NCBI GenBank assembly: GCA_964496765.1
Contig: CAZCAP010000005.1
Span: 1 to 32,000, forward strand
Direction of reading: 5' to 3'
Length of the DNA: 32,000 nt
Origin: an uncultured archaeon
Lineage (GTDB): Archaea > Iainarchaeota > Iainarchaeia > Iainarchaeales > CSSED10-239
The position numbers were made by a program, and so were the translations under genes. The first letter of the stretch is position 1; each line of letters opens with the position of its first letter. Shown piece by piece: positions 8,163 to 17,184 of this stretch. The notes beneath the pieces are model-generated. The model made no database searches. It was not told the DNA's origin and was given only the letters and a program-made list of their open reading frames with translations.

Positions 8163-9263
8163 TTAGTTCCATTTCCTTAGGAATTCTTTTTCAAATTCTT
8201 TATATTTACCTTTCTTGATTGCATCTCTTGCATCCTCAACTAGTCTTTGCATGAATCTTATATTATGTATTGATGCAAGTATCTTATAGTTTGGTTCATC
8301 AAGCCTATAAAGATGATGAAGATATGCTAAAGTATGAGTCTTGCAAACATAGCAATCACATTCTTTATCTGGAACTTCAAAGTTATGCTTAAATGAGCCT
8401 TTCGTGATGTTTAGTTGACCAGACCTTGTAAAAAGAACCCCATGACGAGCCATCTTGGTTGGATAAATAGAATCAAAACAATCTACGCCTTTACCAATGC
8501 ACCTAACAACATCCTCTGGTGAACCAACTCCCATCAAATATTTTATTTTATTTTCTGAAAGATGTGCAAGAGAATAATCAATTGCTTTGTACATTTTATC
8601 TTTGGATTCCCCAAGAGCAAGCCCACCAATAGCAACCCCATCAAAAGGAAGAGAATTAATTGCTTTTGCACACTTTTCTCTTAGGTCTTTATATGTTCCA
8701 CCCTGAACAATTCCAAACAATAATTGCTTTTTGTTTTTATGAGCAAGAACAGCTCTCTTTGCCCAATCAATAGTAATATCAACTGCTTCCTTGTATTCTT
8801 TCTTTGGTTTGTTTGCATCAATCATATCATCTAAGATCATTGCAATATCCGATCCAATCTTGTTTTGAATTTCAATTAACTTCTCTGGAGACATGAAAAC
8901 CTTTTCCTTTGAAAAAGGATTCTTAAACCACACTCCTTTTTTATCAAGAGAAATAAAGAACTGAGGATCCTTAAGTTGGAAACCACCACTATCTGTAAAG
9001 ATTGGTTTATTCCAATTAATGAACCTATGGTATCCACCTATTTTTTCAAGAGTTTCAATTCCTGGCTTAAGAGATAGAATATATCCATTTGAAATAAACA
9101 CTTGAGTATTAAGATCATTAAGATCTTTAAAGGTTAGATATTTTCCTGCTCCCTTTGTTACAACAGGCATGAAGAAAGGAGTAGCAAGTGTTCCATGAGC
9201 AGTTCTAAGCTCACCAGATCTTGCTTTTGTTTTTTTATCCCTGTGTTTGATTGTAAATCCCAT
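8163..9263 (-). CDS. tgt: tRNA-guanine transglycosylase, bacterial/eukaryal-like type
   Basis: TDSGGFQL, GIVQGG, IGGLALGE, YLMGVGSPEDVV, FDSIYPTKMARHG, zinc motif CDCYVC...H; length 366 aa with no PUA domain. Confidence 0.9.
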   Translation of the reverse strand: MGFTIKHRDKKTKARSGELRTAHGTLATPFFMPVVTKGAGKYLTFKDLNDLNTQVFISNGYILSLKPGIETLEKIGGYHRFINWNKPIFTDSGGFQLKDPQFFISLDKKGVWFKNPFSKEKVFMSPEKLIEIQNKIGSDIAMILDDMIDANKPKKEYKEAVDITIDWAKRAVLAHKNKKQLLFGIVQGGTYKDLREKCAKAINSLPFDGVAIGGLALGESKDKMYKAIDYSLAHLSENKIKYLMGVGSPEDVVRCIGKGVDCFDSIYPTKMARHGVLFTRSGQLNITKGSFKHNFEVPDKECDCYVCKTHTLAYLHHLYRLDEPNYKILASIHNIRFMQRLVEDARDAIKKGKYKEFEKEFLRKWN

Positions 9264-9272
9264 TATATCTCC

Positions 9273-10130
9273 TCAAAAGAAAATGAATTTACCAAACAAA
9301 AGAACAATAACTAGTCCAAGGAAAATGTATGGTCCAAACCTTGGAAGAAAATCATATATTGGAATTGATTTAATTCCTTTCATCTTTTTTATATGTTTAA
9401 TGTCTGATTCTTCAAGTATGCTTTTTCCTTTTAGCTTGAGCTTAGTTAGAAGAGCTTTCTTAATAAAATCAAGAGCAAGAACATCCCCATCCTCAAGCTC
9501 AGATATTTTTTTATTTTTTAAATAAATATACTTTCTTACTTCAGGTTCAAAAACCATTAATTTTAATCCTAGCAAGATTGGAATTAATATTAAAAAATAC
9601 AACCAGGATTCATGGAACTTTGAAACAAACAAATAAACAAAGACAAAGAAGATAATAAAGATAACTAGAGACTTTAAAACAACCATTTTTCTTTTTAACC
9701 AAATCTTTAGCATCCCTTTAAACTTTAATTTTTGTTTTAATCTATATAAATAAGAAACTGAAACAAAAAGAACAGATAATAATGATGCAATTATTAGTAA
9801 CCAGAGAATAACTACTTGTCCAAGGTAATAGGGAATAACTAAGTGTATTCCTATGAAAAGCTTAATGTCTCCTCCTCCAAGCTTACCATGTTTGTACATG
9901 AAATAACCAATTACGTATATTAAGATTCCAATAAAGATAACAGTTAACAGATAGCTTAAACCTAGGTGAATAGGAGAAAGAAAAGCTTCATAAACAAGAA
10001 TAAGCAAACCAATAACAACAAGAGGATAGGTTAACCAATTCTGAATTAATCCTGTTTTATAATCTGTGTAGGCAGCAATACCGCAGGCAATAACAACAAG
10101 AACAATCTTTAAAATCAATATATCAAACAT
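9273..10130 (-). CDS. A24-family prepilin/preflagellin peptidase
   Basis: Polytopic membrane protein with AAYTDYKTGLIQNWLTYPL and KLGGGDIKLF (GxGD). Confidence 0.85.
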   Translation of the reverse strand: MFDILILKIVLVVIACGIAAYTDYKTGLIQNWLTYPLVVIGLLILVYEAFLSPIHLGLSYLLTVIFIGILIYVIGYFMYKHGKLGGGDIKLFIGIHLVIPYYLGQVVILWLLIIASLLSVLFVSVSYLYRLKQKLKFKGMLKIWLKRKMVVLKSLVIFIIFFVFVYLFVSKFHESWLYFLILIPILLGLKLMVFEPEVRKYIYLKNKKISELEDGDVLALDFIKKALLTKLKLKGKSILEESDIKHIKKMKGIKSIPIYDFLPRFGPYIFLGLVIVLLFGKFIFF

Positions 10131-10133
10131 TAT

Positions 10134-11540
10134 TTATCTTCCTTTCATGGTCTTTGCCATTTCTTCTAATTGCTTTGGATCCATGTTCTCAAGCTTGGAC
10201 ATATCAAACTTTCCACCCATCATCTTCTTCATCATTCCCTGCATGTCCTTTCCACCAGGCCCACCCATCTGCTTGAACATTTTTTTCATTTTCTTAACAT
10301 GAGTTATTAAGTCCTTAACATCCTCAAAGGGTTTACCTGAGCCCTTTGCAATTCTTTCTATTCTTGATCTTGTTAAAAAAGAAGTGTCTGAATTAAGTTC
10401 CTCTCTTGTAAATGAACTAAGTATGATTCTATAGGCATCCATTTTCTTTTGACCAAGATTCATTTGATCATTTGAAACCTTTCCTCCAACTCCTAGAAGA
10501 TTCATAACCTTAGAAAAAGGACCCAGCTTTCTAGCAGCTGCAAGTTGTTTCTTAAAAAGAGCAAAAGTAAACTCACCCTTCATCATTGCCTCAGGATCCA
10601 TATCCTCTAATTCTTCTTCCTTTGATAGCTCTGTTATTTTTTCAACTAATGTTTCAAGATCACCAAAACCAAGTATTCTTGATAAATATCTATTTGCATC
10701 AAACACTTCAAAGTCATCAGGTTTTTCTCCTGTTCCAATAAAATAGATAGGTGAGTGGGTTATGTAACAAGCAGTTAATGCTCCACCACCCTTTGCTGAA
10801 CCATCAAGCTTAGTAATTATAACACCCTGAACCCCAACAGCCTTATTAAAGTGCTCTGCCTGGTCCTTTGCAGCCTGACCAATGTCTGCAGAAATAACCA
10901 AAAAAGAATGCTTTGGTTTGAAAACAGAATAAATTTCTTTAAGTTCTGTAACTAGTTCATCATCAAGCGCACTTCTTCCTGCTGAATCAACAATTACAAG
11001 AGCAACTCCATTTTTTTTCATGAAAGCTAGTCCTTCCTCAGTTACTTTCTTTGCTGAGGTTTCATTCTTGTTACCATAGAAAGGAACATCCACCTGCTTT
11101 GAAAGTTGAAGAAGTTGTTCATAGGCAGCTGGTCTATAGGTGTCTGCACAAATAACTCCAACCTTGATTCCTCTTTTCTTATAAAACTTAGCAAGCTTTG
11201 AGGCACTGGTTGTTTTACCTGAACCAAACAACCCACATAAAAGAATGGATTCTGGGTTTTCAGGAAGTTCTTTCTTTTCTTCCTCTCCACCCATGTACTT
11301 TAATATAACATTATAGCAGGTCTTAATTAGGTGTTCTTTTCTTGAAACACCTTCAGGTACGTTTTCAAAAGCTTCAGTTTCTATTTCTTTTGATATTTTT
11401 AGAACAAGTTGCACATTAACATCTGAAGAGATTAATGCTCTTTGTATTTCTTTAATAACTTCTTTAATTAATTCCTTATCCACATGAACAGAATTCTTAA
11501 TTCTATCAAGTGCATCACGAATTTTGTCTGAGAAACCCAT
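10134..11540 (-). CDS. srp54: Signal recognition particle subunit SRP54
   Basis: GLFGSGKTTSASKLAKFY, DTYRPAAYEQL, DSAGRSA, TKLDGSAKGGG, Met-rich M domain at C-terminus. Confidence 0.97.
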   Translation of the reverse strand: MGFSDKIRDALDRIKNSVHVDKELIKEVIKEIQRALISSDVNVQLVLKISKEIETEAFENVPEGVSRKEHLIKTCYNVILKYMGGEEEKKELPENPESILLCGLFGSGKTTSASKLAKFYKKRGIKVGVICADTYRPAAYEQLLQLSKQVDVPFYGNKNETSAKKVTEEGLAFMKKNGVALVIVDSAGRSALDDELVTELKEIYSVFKPKHSFLVISADIGQAAKDQAEHFNKAVGVQGVIITKLDGSAKGGGALTACYITHSPIYFIGTGEKPDDFEVFDANRYLSRILGFGDLETLVEKITELSKEEELEDMDPEAMMKGEFTFALFKKQLAAARKLGPFSKVMNLLGVGGKVSNDQMNLGQKKMDAYRIILSSFTREELNSDTSFLTRSRIERIAKGSGKPFEDVKDLITHVKKMKKMFKQMGGPGGKDMQGMMKKMMGGKFDMSKLENMDPKQLEEMAKTMKGR

Positions 11541-11710
11541 ACTTGTTTACACCCTTATACTAATATATTATATATAAGGGAAATAAATATAAATGGAACA
11601 TTAGTATATAAAGAAGTAAATATTATAGGAACTTTAAGATGCTTTATAAATCTAATTATAGGTAATATATTTATTAAGTTAAAAGCTAAACTTAAAAGGA
11701 GATAAAGATT

Positions 11711-11869
11711 ATGGGATATACATCTTTACTTGGAGAGCTTAAGAGAACTAATACAGGTAAAAGTTTGAGTTCAAGAAGAAGAGAACCAAAAGAAGATAGT
11801 GATAAGGAAACAAAAGACAGACTTCAAAATGAAAGATTAGCGTTACTTAAAAAATATTATAAAAAATAA
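11711..11869 (+). CDS. Small protein of unknown function, 52 aa
   Basis: Manual translation MGYTSLLGELKRTNTGKSLSSRRREPKEDSDKETKDRLQNERLALLKKYYKK; absent from the supplied ORF track. Confidence 0.55.
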   Translation: MGYTSLLGELKRTNTGKSLSSRRREPKEDSDKETKDRLQNERLALLKKYYKK

Positions 11870-11886
11870 TCAAAAGAGGGATCAGA

Positions 11887-12168
11887 ATGGCTGGAGATTT
11901 AGATATTTTAGTTGAGGGTAAATTATTATCATTAAGACTTAGAGAACTTGAGCATAGAATAAAAGCTAAAGAAGCTACTAATAAAGATGTTATTGAATAC
12001 AAATTGAAACTGAAAAGAAAAAATGAGCTAGAAGGAAGAATACAAGAAGAAATGAAGAGAAGAATGAAGAAGAAAGTTGTGAATGCAACCAAGAAAGAAA
12101 TTAAAAAGCTTGGGGAACAAAGAATGAAAACATTAAAAGAACACTTCAAGCCAAGAAGACCATTATAA
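11887..12168 (+). CDS. Small highly charged coiled-coil-like protein, 93 aa
   Basis: MAGDLDILVEGKLLSLRLRELEHRIKAKEATNKDVIEYKLKLKRKNELEG...; closely spaced with flanking small ORFs. Confidence 0.6.
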   Translation: MAGDLDILVEGKLLSLRLRELEHRIKAKEATNKDVIEYKLKLKRKNELEGRIQEEMKRRMKKKVVNATKKEIKKLGEQRMKTLKEHFKPRRPL

Positions 12169-12196
12169 ATAATTAAAAGGAATGTGAAAATAAATT

Positions 12197-12352
12197 ATGG
12201 ATAATTCATCATCTATATTACAAAAATACAAATCAACCTATAAGAAAAAGGAAGAGCCTAAGGAAGAAATAATCACTGATCCTGAAAAAAGAAGATTAGA
12301 AAAACTAGCAAAGGAAAGAGATTCCCTTCTAAGAAAATATTATAAAAAGTGA
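12197..12352 (+). CDS. Small protein of unknown function, 51 aa
   Basis: Manual translation MDNSSSILQKYKSTYKKKEEPKEEIITDPEKRRLEKLAKERDSLLRKYYKK; C-terminus matches that of 11711-11869. Confidence 0.55.
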   Translation: MDNSSSILQKYKSTYKKKEEPKEEIITDPEKRRLEKLAKERDSLLRKYYKK

Positions 12353-12356
12353 ATAC

Positions 12357-12515
12357 ATGCCTACTAAACCAAAACCAACAATAAAAATCAAGAATCCAGA
12401 GCTAATTAATCTGCTTGCTAGGAAAGAAGTTAATCATCATCATGAGATAACATATGTGCAAAAAAAGATAATTAAAAATCTTCCACAGAACTTCTTTAAG
12501 AAAAATAAATTATAG
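12357..12515 (+). CDS. Small protein of unknown function, 52 aa
   Basis: Manual translation MPTKPKPTIKIKNPELINLLARKEVNHHHEITYVQKKIIKNLPQNFFKKNKL; begins 4 nt after the previous stop. Confidence 0.5.
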   Translation: MPTKPKPTIKIKNPELINLLARKEVNHHHEITYVQKKIIKNLPQNFFKKNKL

Positions 12516-13133
12516 AACCTTTAGTTTTCTTGGTTTAACTTTTTTAACTAAACTAGTTTTTGGAAATTTAATGGATTTTGTTTTTCTAGCAAGATTACAA
12601 TTATTTAAAATAGATGTTACTCTTTCTTTTTTGAAGTTAAGAACTCCTTCTTTTGTAAAGTATCTATCCCTTATTGGATTATATAGATCTAATTCTTTTC
12701 TTAGATGATCTTTTGAATATGCATATTTCTTTTCTGGATGATTAATAATAGTAGCATACATTTCTTTTAAGAATGGAATTTTTTCACAAGTAAAAGAACA
12801 GCCCTTCTTTAGAAGAGGAATAGAAGAAAAGATTAGTGCTTCTAAGAGTATGTTTCTATTTTCCTTTGTTTTAATCAGGCTAGTTCCAACTCTTTGAATA
12901 TATTGGACATCTATTCTCTTATCTGCAACCCCAAACTTGATTACTTCCTGTGGTTCGTTTTTGTGGTTTAATGTGATTATTGCTTCATTGAGTTTTGCAG
13001 AGTCCTTAAATCCATCAAAATTAAAAGTAAATTCTCTATGTGCTTGTATTTTAAAATCAGAAGGTAAATTTATTTTTGAAAGACTACCAAGTATGGTTTT
13101 CATGTTTTGTTTAATAATAGTTGTTCTTTGCAT
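12510..13133 (-). CDS. Hypothetical protein, 207 aa
   Basis: Long ORF starting 19 nt beyond the end of ftsY. Confidence 0.6.
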   Translation of the reverse strand: MQRTTIIKQNMKTILGSLSKINLPSDFKIQAHREFTFNFDGFKDSAKLNEAIITLNHKNEPQEVIKFGVADKRIDVQYIQRVGTSLIKTKENRNILLEALIFSSIPLLKKGCSFTCEKIPFLKEMYATIINHPEKKYAYSKDHLRKELDLYNPIRDRYFTKEGVLNFKKERVTSILNNCNLARKTKSIKFPKTSLVKKVKPRKLKVL

Positions 13134-13152
13134 AATTATTACAATTAAATTT

Positions 13153-14610
13153 TTATACTATTCTTTCAATTATATACTCAGGAGAGAACTTTTCAATATC
13201 ATTATACTCCTGACCAGTTCCTATATAGAAAATTGGTTTCTTGAGCTCGTTTAATATGGATATTGCAACACCACCCTTTGGATCTGTGTCTATTTTAGTT
13301 AGAATAACTCCAGTTACTCCAATGTCCTTATCAAACTTCCTAACCTGATCAACAATTGCTTGGCCAGACTGGGATTCTCCAATATAAATGGTTAGCTGTG
13401 GCTTAACAACTCTTTTTATTTTTTGTAGTTCCTGCATAAGATTAATATTTGTTTCCTGTCTTCCAGCAGTATCAATTAGAACCACATCCGCCTTGTTTGC
13501 TTTTGCAGAAGTGACAGCATCAAATGCAACAGCAGCAGGATCAGAACCATAGTTTTGCTTAATAACCTTAATTCCAAGTCTGGATGCATGAACTTCAAGT
13601 TGATCGATGGCACCTGCTCTGAAGGTATCAGAGGATGCAAGGAACACAAGCTTACCTTGTTTTTTATAGAGGTTTGCAAACTTAGAAATGGTTGTTGTTT
13701 TTCCTGCTCCATTAGGACCAATAAACATAATCACTAGTGGTTCATTATCTTCTTTTTTAATATAATTATTAATCTCACAATCAATATTCAATTGTTCACT
13801 AAGACTAACCTTTATTTCTTTTTTAATATCCTCAAGAAGATTAGATTTTGTGAACTTTGCATTTGAAAGCTTAAGCTTAAGATCTTCGACAATTGCATGA
13901 CTTGCATCAAGTGAAACATCTGCCTCCAGAAGGGATATTTCAAAATCATCTAAAAAATCTTTAATTTCCTTTTCTGATAAAGAAACCTTAGAAACGAATA
14001 ATCCTTTAATGGTTGTAAAAACTCCAGTTTTTACTTTCTCTGGTTTTCTATCCTTAAGTTCTTCATATCTTTCAGAATAAATAGGTTCTTCAATTTTTAT
14101 TGTTTTTAGTTCTTCATCTTCAACTTCTTCTTTGATTTTTTCAATCTCTTTTTCTATTTCTTTTTTTATTGGAAGAGATTCTATCTTTGGAGAAATTGGT
14201 TTAATGGGTTCAGTTATAATTGGTTTTGGTTCTATTTTTTCCTGTTTGAAAACCTCAACAGGTTCTATTGAAGGTTCTGGTTTGTTTTCCTTGAATTGTT
14301 CAAGCTCTTTTGCAAGATCCCTATCAAAGGCATCTAATTCTTCTTCCTTTGAAGTACTAGATGGAATTTTTGGAATTGATTGTCCAAGTTTATCTGCAAC
14401 CACTTCTTTCGGAATGTCTGCAACTACTGGAACATCTGGAACTTCTTCTTTTGCAACAGGTTTTTCTTGTTCCTGAACAGGTGTTTGAATTGGAGGTACT
14501 TGTTCTTGGATCTTTGATTCTTCATCTTTGGTTTCTTCAACCTTTTCTTGACCCTTACCAAAAATCTTACTTGTAAATTCTTTAAATTTATTTTTTAATA
14601 ATCCAAACAT
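13153..14610 (-). CDS. ftsY: Signal recognition particle receptor FtsY
   Basis: FIGPNGAGKTTTISKFANLY, DTFRAGAIDQLEVHA, DTAGRQETN, TKIDTDPKGGVAISI, FIGTGQEYNDI; long acidic/basic N-terminal extension. Confidence 0.96.
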   Translation of the reverse strand: MFGLLKNKFKEFTSKIFGKGQEKVEETKDEESKIQEQVPPIQTPVQEQEKPVAKEEVPDVPVVADIPKEVVADKLGQSIPKIPSSTSKEEELDAFDRDLAKELEQFKENKPEPSIEPVEVFKQEKIEPKPIITEPIKPISPKIESLPIKKEIEKEIEKIKEEVEDEELKTIKIEEPIYSERYEELKDRKPEKVKTGVFTTIKGLFVSKVSLSEKEIKDFLDDFEISLLEADVSLDASHAIVEDLKLKLSNAKFTKSNLLEDIKKEIKVSLSEQLNIDCEINNYIKKEDNEPLVIMFIGPNGAGKTTTISKFANLYKKQGKLVFLASSDTFRAGAIDQLEVHASRLGIKVIKQNYGSDPAAVAFDAVTSAKANKADVVLIDTAGRQETNINLMQELQKIKRVVKPQLTIYIGESQSGQAIVDQVRKFDKDIGVTGVILTKIDTDPKGGVAISILNELKKPIFYIGTGQEYNDIEKFSPEYIIERIV

Positions 14611-14658
14611 AAAAGAAAACCTCTATAAAAATAAAAATAGGAAAAAAAGATATTAAAT

Positions 14659-15159
14659 CTAATTAATATCTGTTTCTGCAACTGCTGATTTTGACTTTGC
14701 TTCTTGCTTAGCAAGCTCATTTAATGCATAGGAGAAGGTATTAAGTGTTTTTAGTGTTTGATTATAATTAAGCATGAACTCACTTCTTAATTTGTTTAAT
14801 TCATTTTCCCTATTTCCAATGTCCTTGATAATAACATCAAGATTCTTATCAATCATTATATTTCCTGGAAGAGTAATCTTTGCATGAGTCTTGTTTGCCA
14901 CATTGCACTCTACAAGTATTCCTGCTCCAATGTTTATTAGGATACTGTCGTTTGATTTACTATTTTTAATTTCATCAAGAGTAGATTTTGCTCTAATTAT
15001 TTCTGTAAGTAAAGTTTCAACTTCTTTAATCTTAGAAGTTACTTTATTTAGTTCCTGTTCTTTATTTTTATACAAAGAAATAGTTTGATTCTTATTTAAT
15101 TTAACAGTTCTTGAACCAGTTACCTTTGCATTATGTTCTTTTTTTTCCATAAACATCAC
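14659..15159 (-). CDS. pfdA: Prefoldin alpha subunit
   Basis: Coiled-coil ORF with central SILINIGAGILVECNVANKTHAKITLPGNIMIDKNLD, in a conserved archaeal context next to aIF6/L31e. Confidence 0.8.
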   Translation of the reverse strand: MMFMEKKEHNAKVTGSRTVKLNKNQTISLYKNKEQELNKVTSKIKEVETLLTEIIRAKSTLDEIKNSKSNDSILINIGAGILVECNVANKTHAKITLPGNIMIDKNLDVIIKDIGNRENELNKLRSEFMLNYNQTLKTLNTFSYALNELAKQEAKSKSAVAETDIN

Positions 15160-15166
15160 CTATAAA

Positions 15167-15850
15167 TTATAAAACAAATTCGCCTTCAAACCCAAGTGCA
15201 ATCTCATCAACCTTCATAAGCTCTATGTTACTGGTTAGTGAACCAACAACAATTGCATTCTTGTTTGAAATTAAATCATTACCAACAAATGAATCACCAT
15301 AGTTAAGAGTGGTTGCAATACCTATGACTCCAAACTTAGTTTTTAATTCACCAAACTCTGTTTTTTTAATACTTGGATTAACTAGAAAAAAATTATCATT
15401 AACATAGAGAGATGATCCAGGAAGATCAAGACCAACACAGGTCTTTGCTTCAACAGGAACATTAAAGAATTTAGATATTTCTTTAACACTCTCCTTTGAA
15501 AGAAGTGGACTTGCAATCCCATATTTTGAGTTTATTGCAAGGAGATTTCCAAGCGCATTATAATCTTTAATTAGCTTAACTTTAATCCCTTCTTTTTCAA
15601 GAATCTCAAGTTCCTTTGGATAAATTGAATCTTCTCCAACAACAATTTTGTTTTTTACACACTTTAGATAAACACCTATAAGTGGAGATTGATTAATTTC
15701 TAGCTTAATTATCTTTGTATTAAGAACATTAGATATAATCTTTTCTTCCTTAGGAAGAATATTATGGGGAACTAGGCAGAAATCATCTGTACAAATAGAA
15801 TTCACTCCCAAATAGGGAGAACTACATATAAACGATTTTATTAATCTCAT
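15167..15850 (-). CDS. eif6: Translation initiation factor 6 (aIF6)
   Basis: SPYLGVNSICTDDFCLVPHNI, GGxxN-type repeats, GDSFVGNDLISNKNAIVVG; located directly after L31e. Confidence 0.92.
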   Translation of the reverse strand: MRLIKSFICSSPYLGVNSICTDDFCLVPHNILPKEEKIISNVLNTKIIKLEINQSPLIGVYLKCVKNKIVVGEDSIYPKELEILEKEGIKVKLIKDYNALGNLLAINSKYGIASPLLSKESVKEISKFFNVPVEAKTCVGLDLPGSSLYVNDNFFLVNPSIKKTEFGELKTKFGVIGIATTLNYGDSFVGNDLISNKNAIVVGSLTSNIELMKVDEIALGFEGEFVL

Positions 15851-16317
15851 TTTGTTTCTGCTTTTTGTTTTTTATGATCTTCCATTGGTCTTAGTTTTCC
15901 TGTTTTCTTTTCTGGTTTAGGCTTTACAGCTTCTTCAGTTGGATTTGCTTTTGATGTTTGGTCTACTGCTTTTACTTCATCCTTTGGAATTTCTTTTGCT
16001 TTTTCTTCTTTCTTTGGTTTTACTTCCTTTTCTTTCCCCTTGTTCTTGAATTCTTTAAATTCTTTTGAATCCTTTAGAAAAACATAAACCTTGTTGTTGT
16101 CTTGTTTAATACTAATTGCAACACTTCTTGGAGGCTTGGTTATGCTTCTTGCCCAAATATATGCATTAACCTCTCCAGAGATAACAACATCTTTTCTATC
16201 TTTTCTAGTATGTTTTAATAAAAAATTATAAAGAGAAGTAATAGAATACTTCGCTCTCTTTGTTCTTGGTTTATCATAGGCGCTTCTTAATGAAACGTTA
16301 TAGCTTTCTGATGGCAT
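15847..16317 (-). CDS. rpl31e: 50S ribosomal protein L31e with Lys/Glu-rich C-terminal extension
   Basis: ESYNVSLRSAYDKPRTKRAKYSITSLYNFLLKHTR...VVISGEVNAYIWARSITKPPRSVAISI. Confidence 0.9.
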   Translation of the reverse strand: MPSESYNVSLRSAYDKPRTKRAKYSITSLYNFLLKHTRKDRKDVVISGEVNAYIWARSITKPPRSVAISIKQDNNKVYVFLKDSKEFKEFKNKGKEKEVKPKKEEKAKEIPKDEVKAVDQTSKANPTEEAVKPKPEKKTGKLRPMEDHKKQKAETK

Positions 16318-16337
16318 ATTATATCACATTTAATTAT

Positions 16338-16664
16338 TTATTTCTTTTTAGGTTTTACTTTTTTAGAAACATTTGTGTTTCTATTCATTAATCTATTCTT
16401 TTTATTAAATTTAGTTGATTTTCCTCTTTTACCGCTTTTTGCACCTGATTTTAATTTTTCTTTTTCAAGGTCAAGCTGAAGAGATCTATACCTACTTCCA
16501 AATTCAGTTTCTCTCCAATTTCTTTTCTGTCTTCTATTCCAAATTCTCTTGCCTGCTTTTTGTATGATCCACACAGGTGTATTCATATACCCAGGACCTA
16601 CTTTTTTTCTCTGAGCAACTAAAAATTCTTTTTTGTCTCTGTCTTTGTTTCTTGCCATAAACAA
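16338..16664 (-). CDS. rpl39e: Ribosomal protein L39e-like, C-terminally extended
   Basis: MARNKDRDKKEFLVAQRKKVGPGYMNTPVWIIQKAGKRIWNRRQKRNWRETEFG resembles L39e (MARNK..., TPVW, RNWR), with an additional ~55-aa tail. Confidence 0.82.
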   Translation of the reverse strand: MFMARNKDRDKKEFLVAQRKKVGPGYMNTPVWIIQKAGKRIWNRRQKRNWRETEFGSRYRSLQLDLEKEKLKSGAKSGKRGKSTKFNKKNRLMNRNTNVSKKVKPKKK

Positions 16665-16686
16665 TCTAACTCCTTAAAATATTAAT

Positions 16687-17184
16687 TTATTCTGTTACTT
16701 CTGTTGGTGTTTCTTCCTTTTTTTGTTTTTTAATTGAGGTATGTGGCTTTTTATCTGGATTTGCTTCCTTATATATTTTTGCAGCAATTTTATCCATGTA
16801 CTTTTGCCCAGCAGGAGTAATAATTCTTCCTTTTTTATTTTCAGTAATCTTAATAAATCCTAGTTTTTCAAGATCCTGTAAAGCTGTTCTTATGATTTTA
16901 CCACCAGCTTGTCTAAAAATAGGAGGTCTTGTACCACGTCTTTTCTTTCCACCATAATAATTTCTAAGAGCGTTTACTGTTACGTGACCTTCAATGTATG
17001 TTTTTCTTAGGATAGAACCCATTCTAACATACCACCAGTCTTCTCTAACTGGAGCTCTTTCTCTATGAGAGCCTGTTTTTACATAGGCAGTAAATTCAGG
17101 AGCTTTTACTTTTTTAGTGTCCTTAAGATCTTTTGCAATTTCTTCAATTAATGTACGTGCTTGTACATCGCTAATTGTTGTCAA
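16687..17184 (-). CDS. rps19e: 30S ribosomal protein S19e
   Basis: TGSHRERAPVREDWWYVRMGSILRKTYIEGHVTVNALRNYYGGKKRRGTRP...GGKIIRTALQDLEKLGFI. Confidence 0.96.
   Translation of the reverse strand: MTTISDVQARTLIEEIAKDLKDTKKVKAPEFTAYVKTGSHRERAPVREDWWYVRMGSILRKTYIEGHVTVNALRNYYGGKKRRGTRPPIFRQAGGKIIRTALQDLEKLGFIKITENKKGRIITPAGQKYMDKIAAKIYKEANPDKKPHTSIKKQKKEETPTEVTE

Noticed and set aside
9247-9525. 92-aa plus-strand ORF over tgt and prepilin peptidase ends
   Set aside because: Antisense to two supported genes, low-information sequence.
13476-13737. Plus and minus ORFs overlapping ftsY (13476..13721, 13555..13737)
   Set aside because: Antisense or out-of-frame to a strong conserved gene, with no family resemblance.
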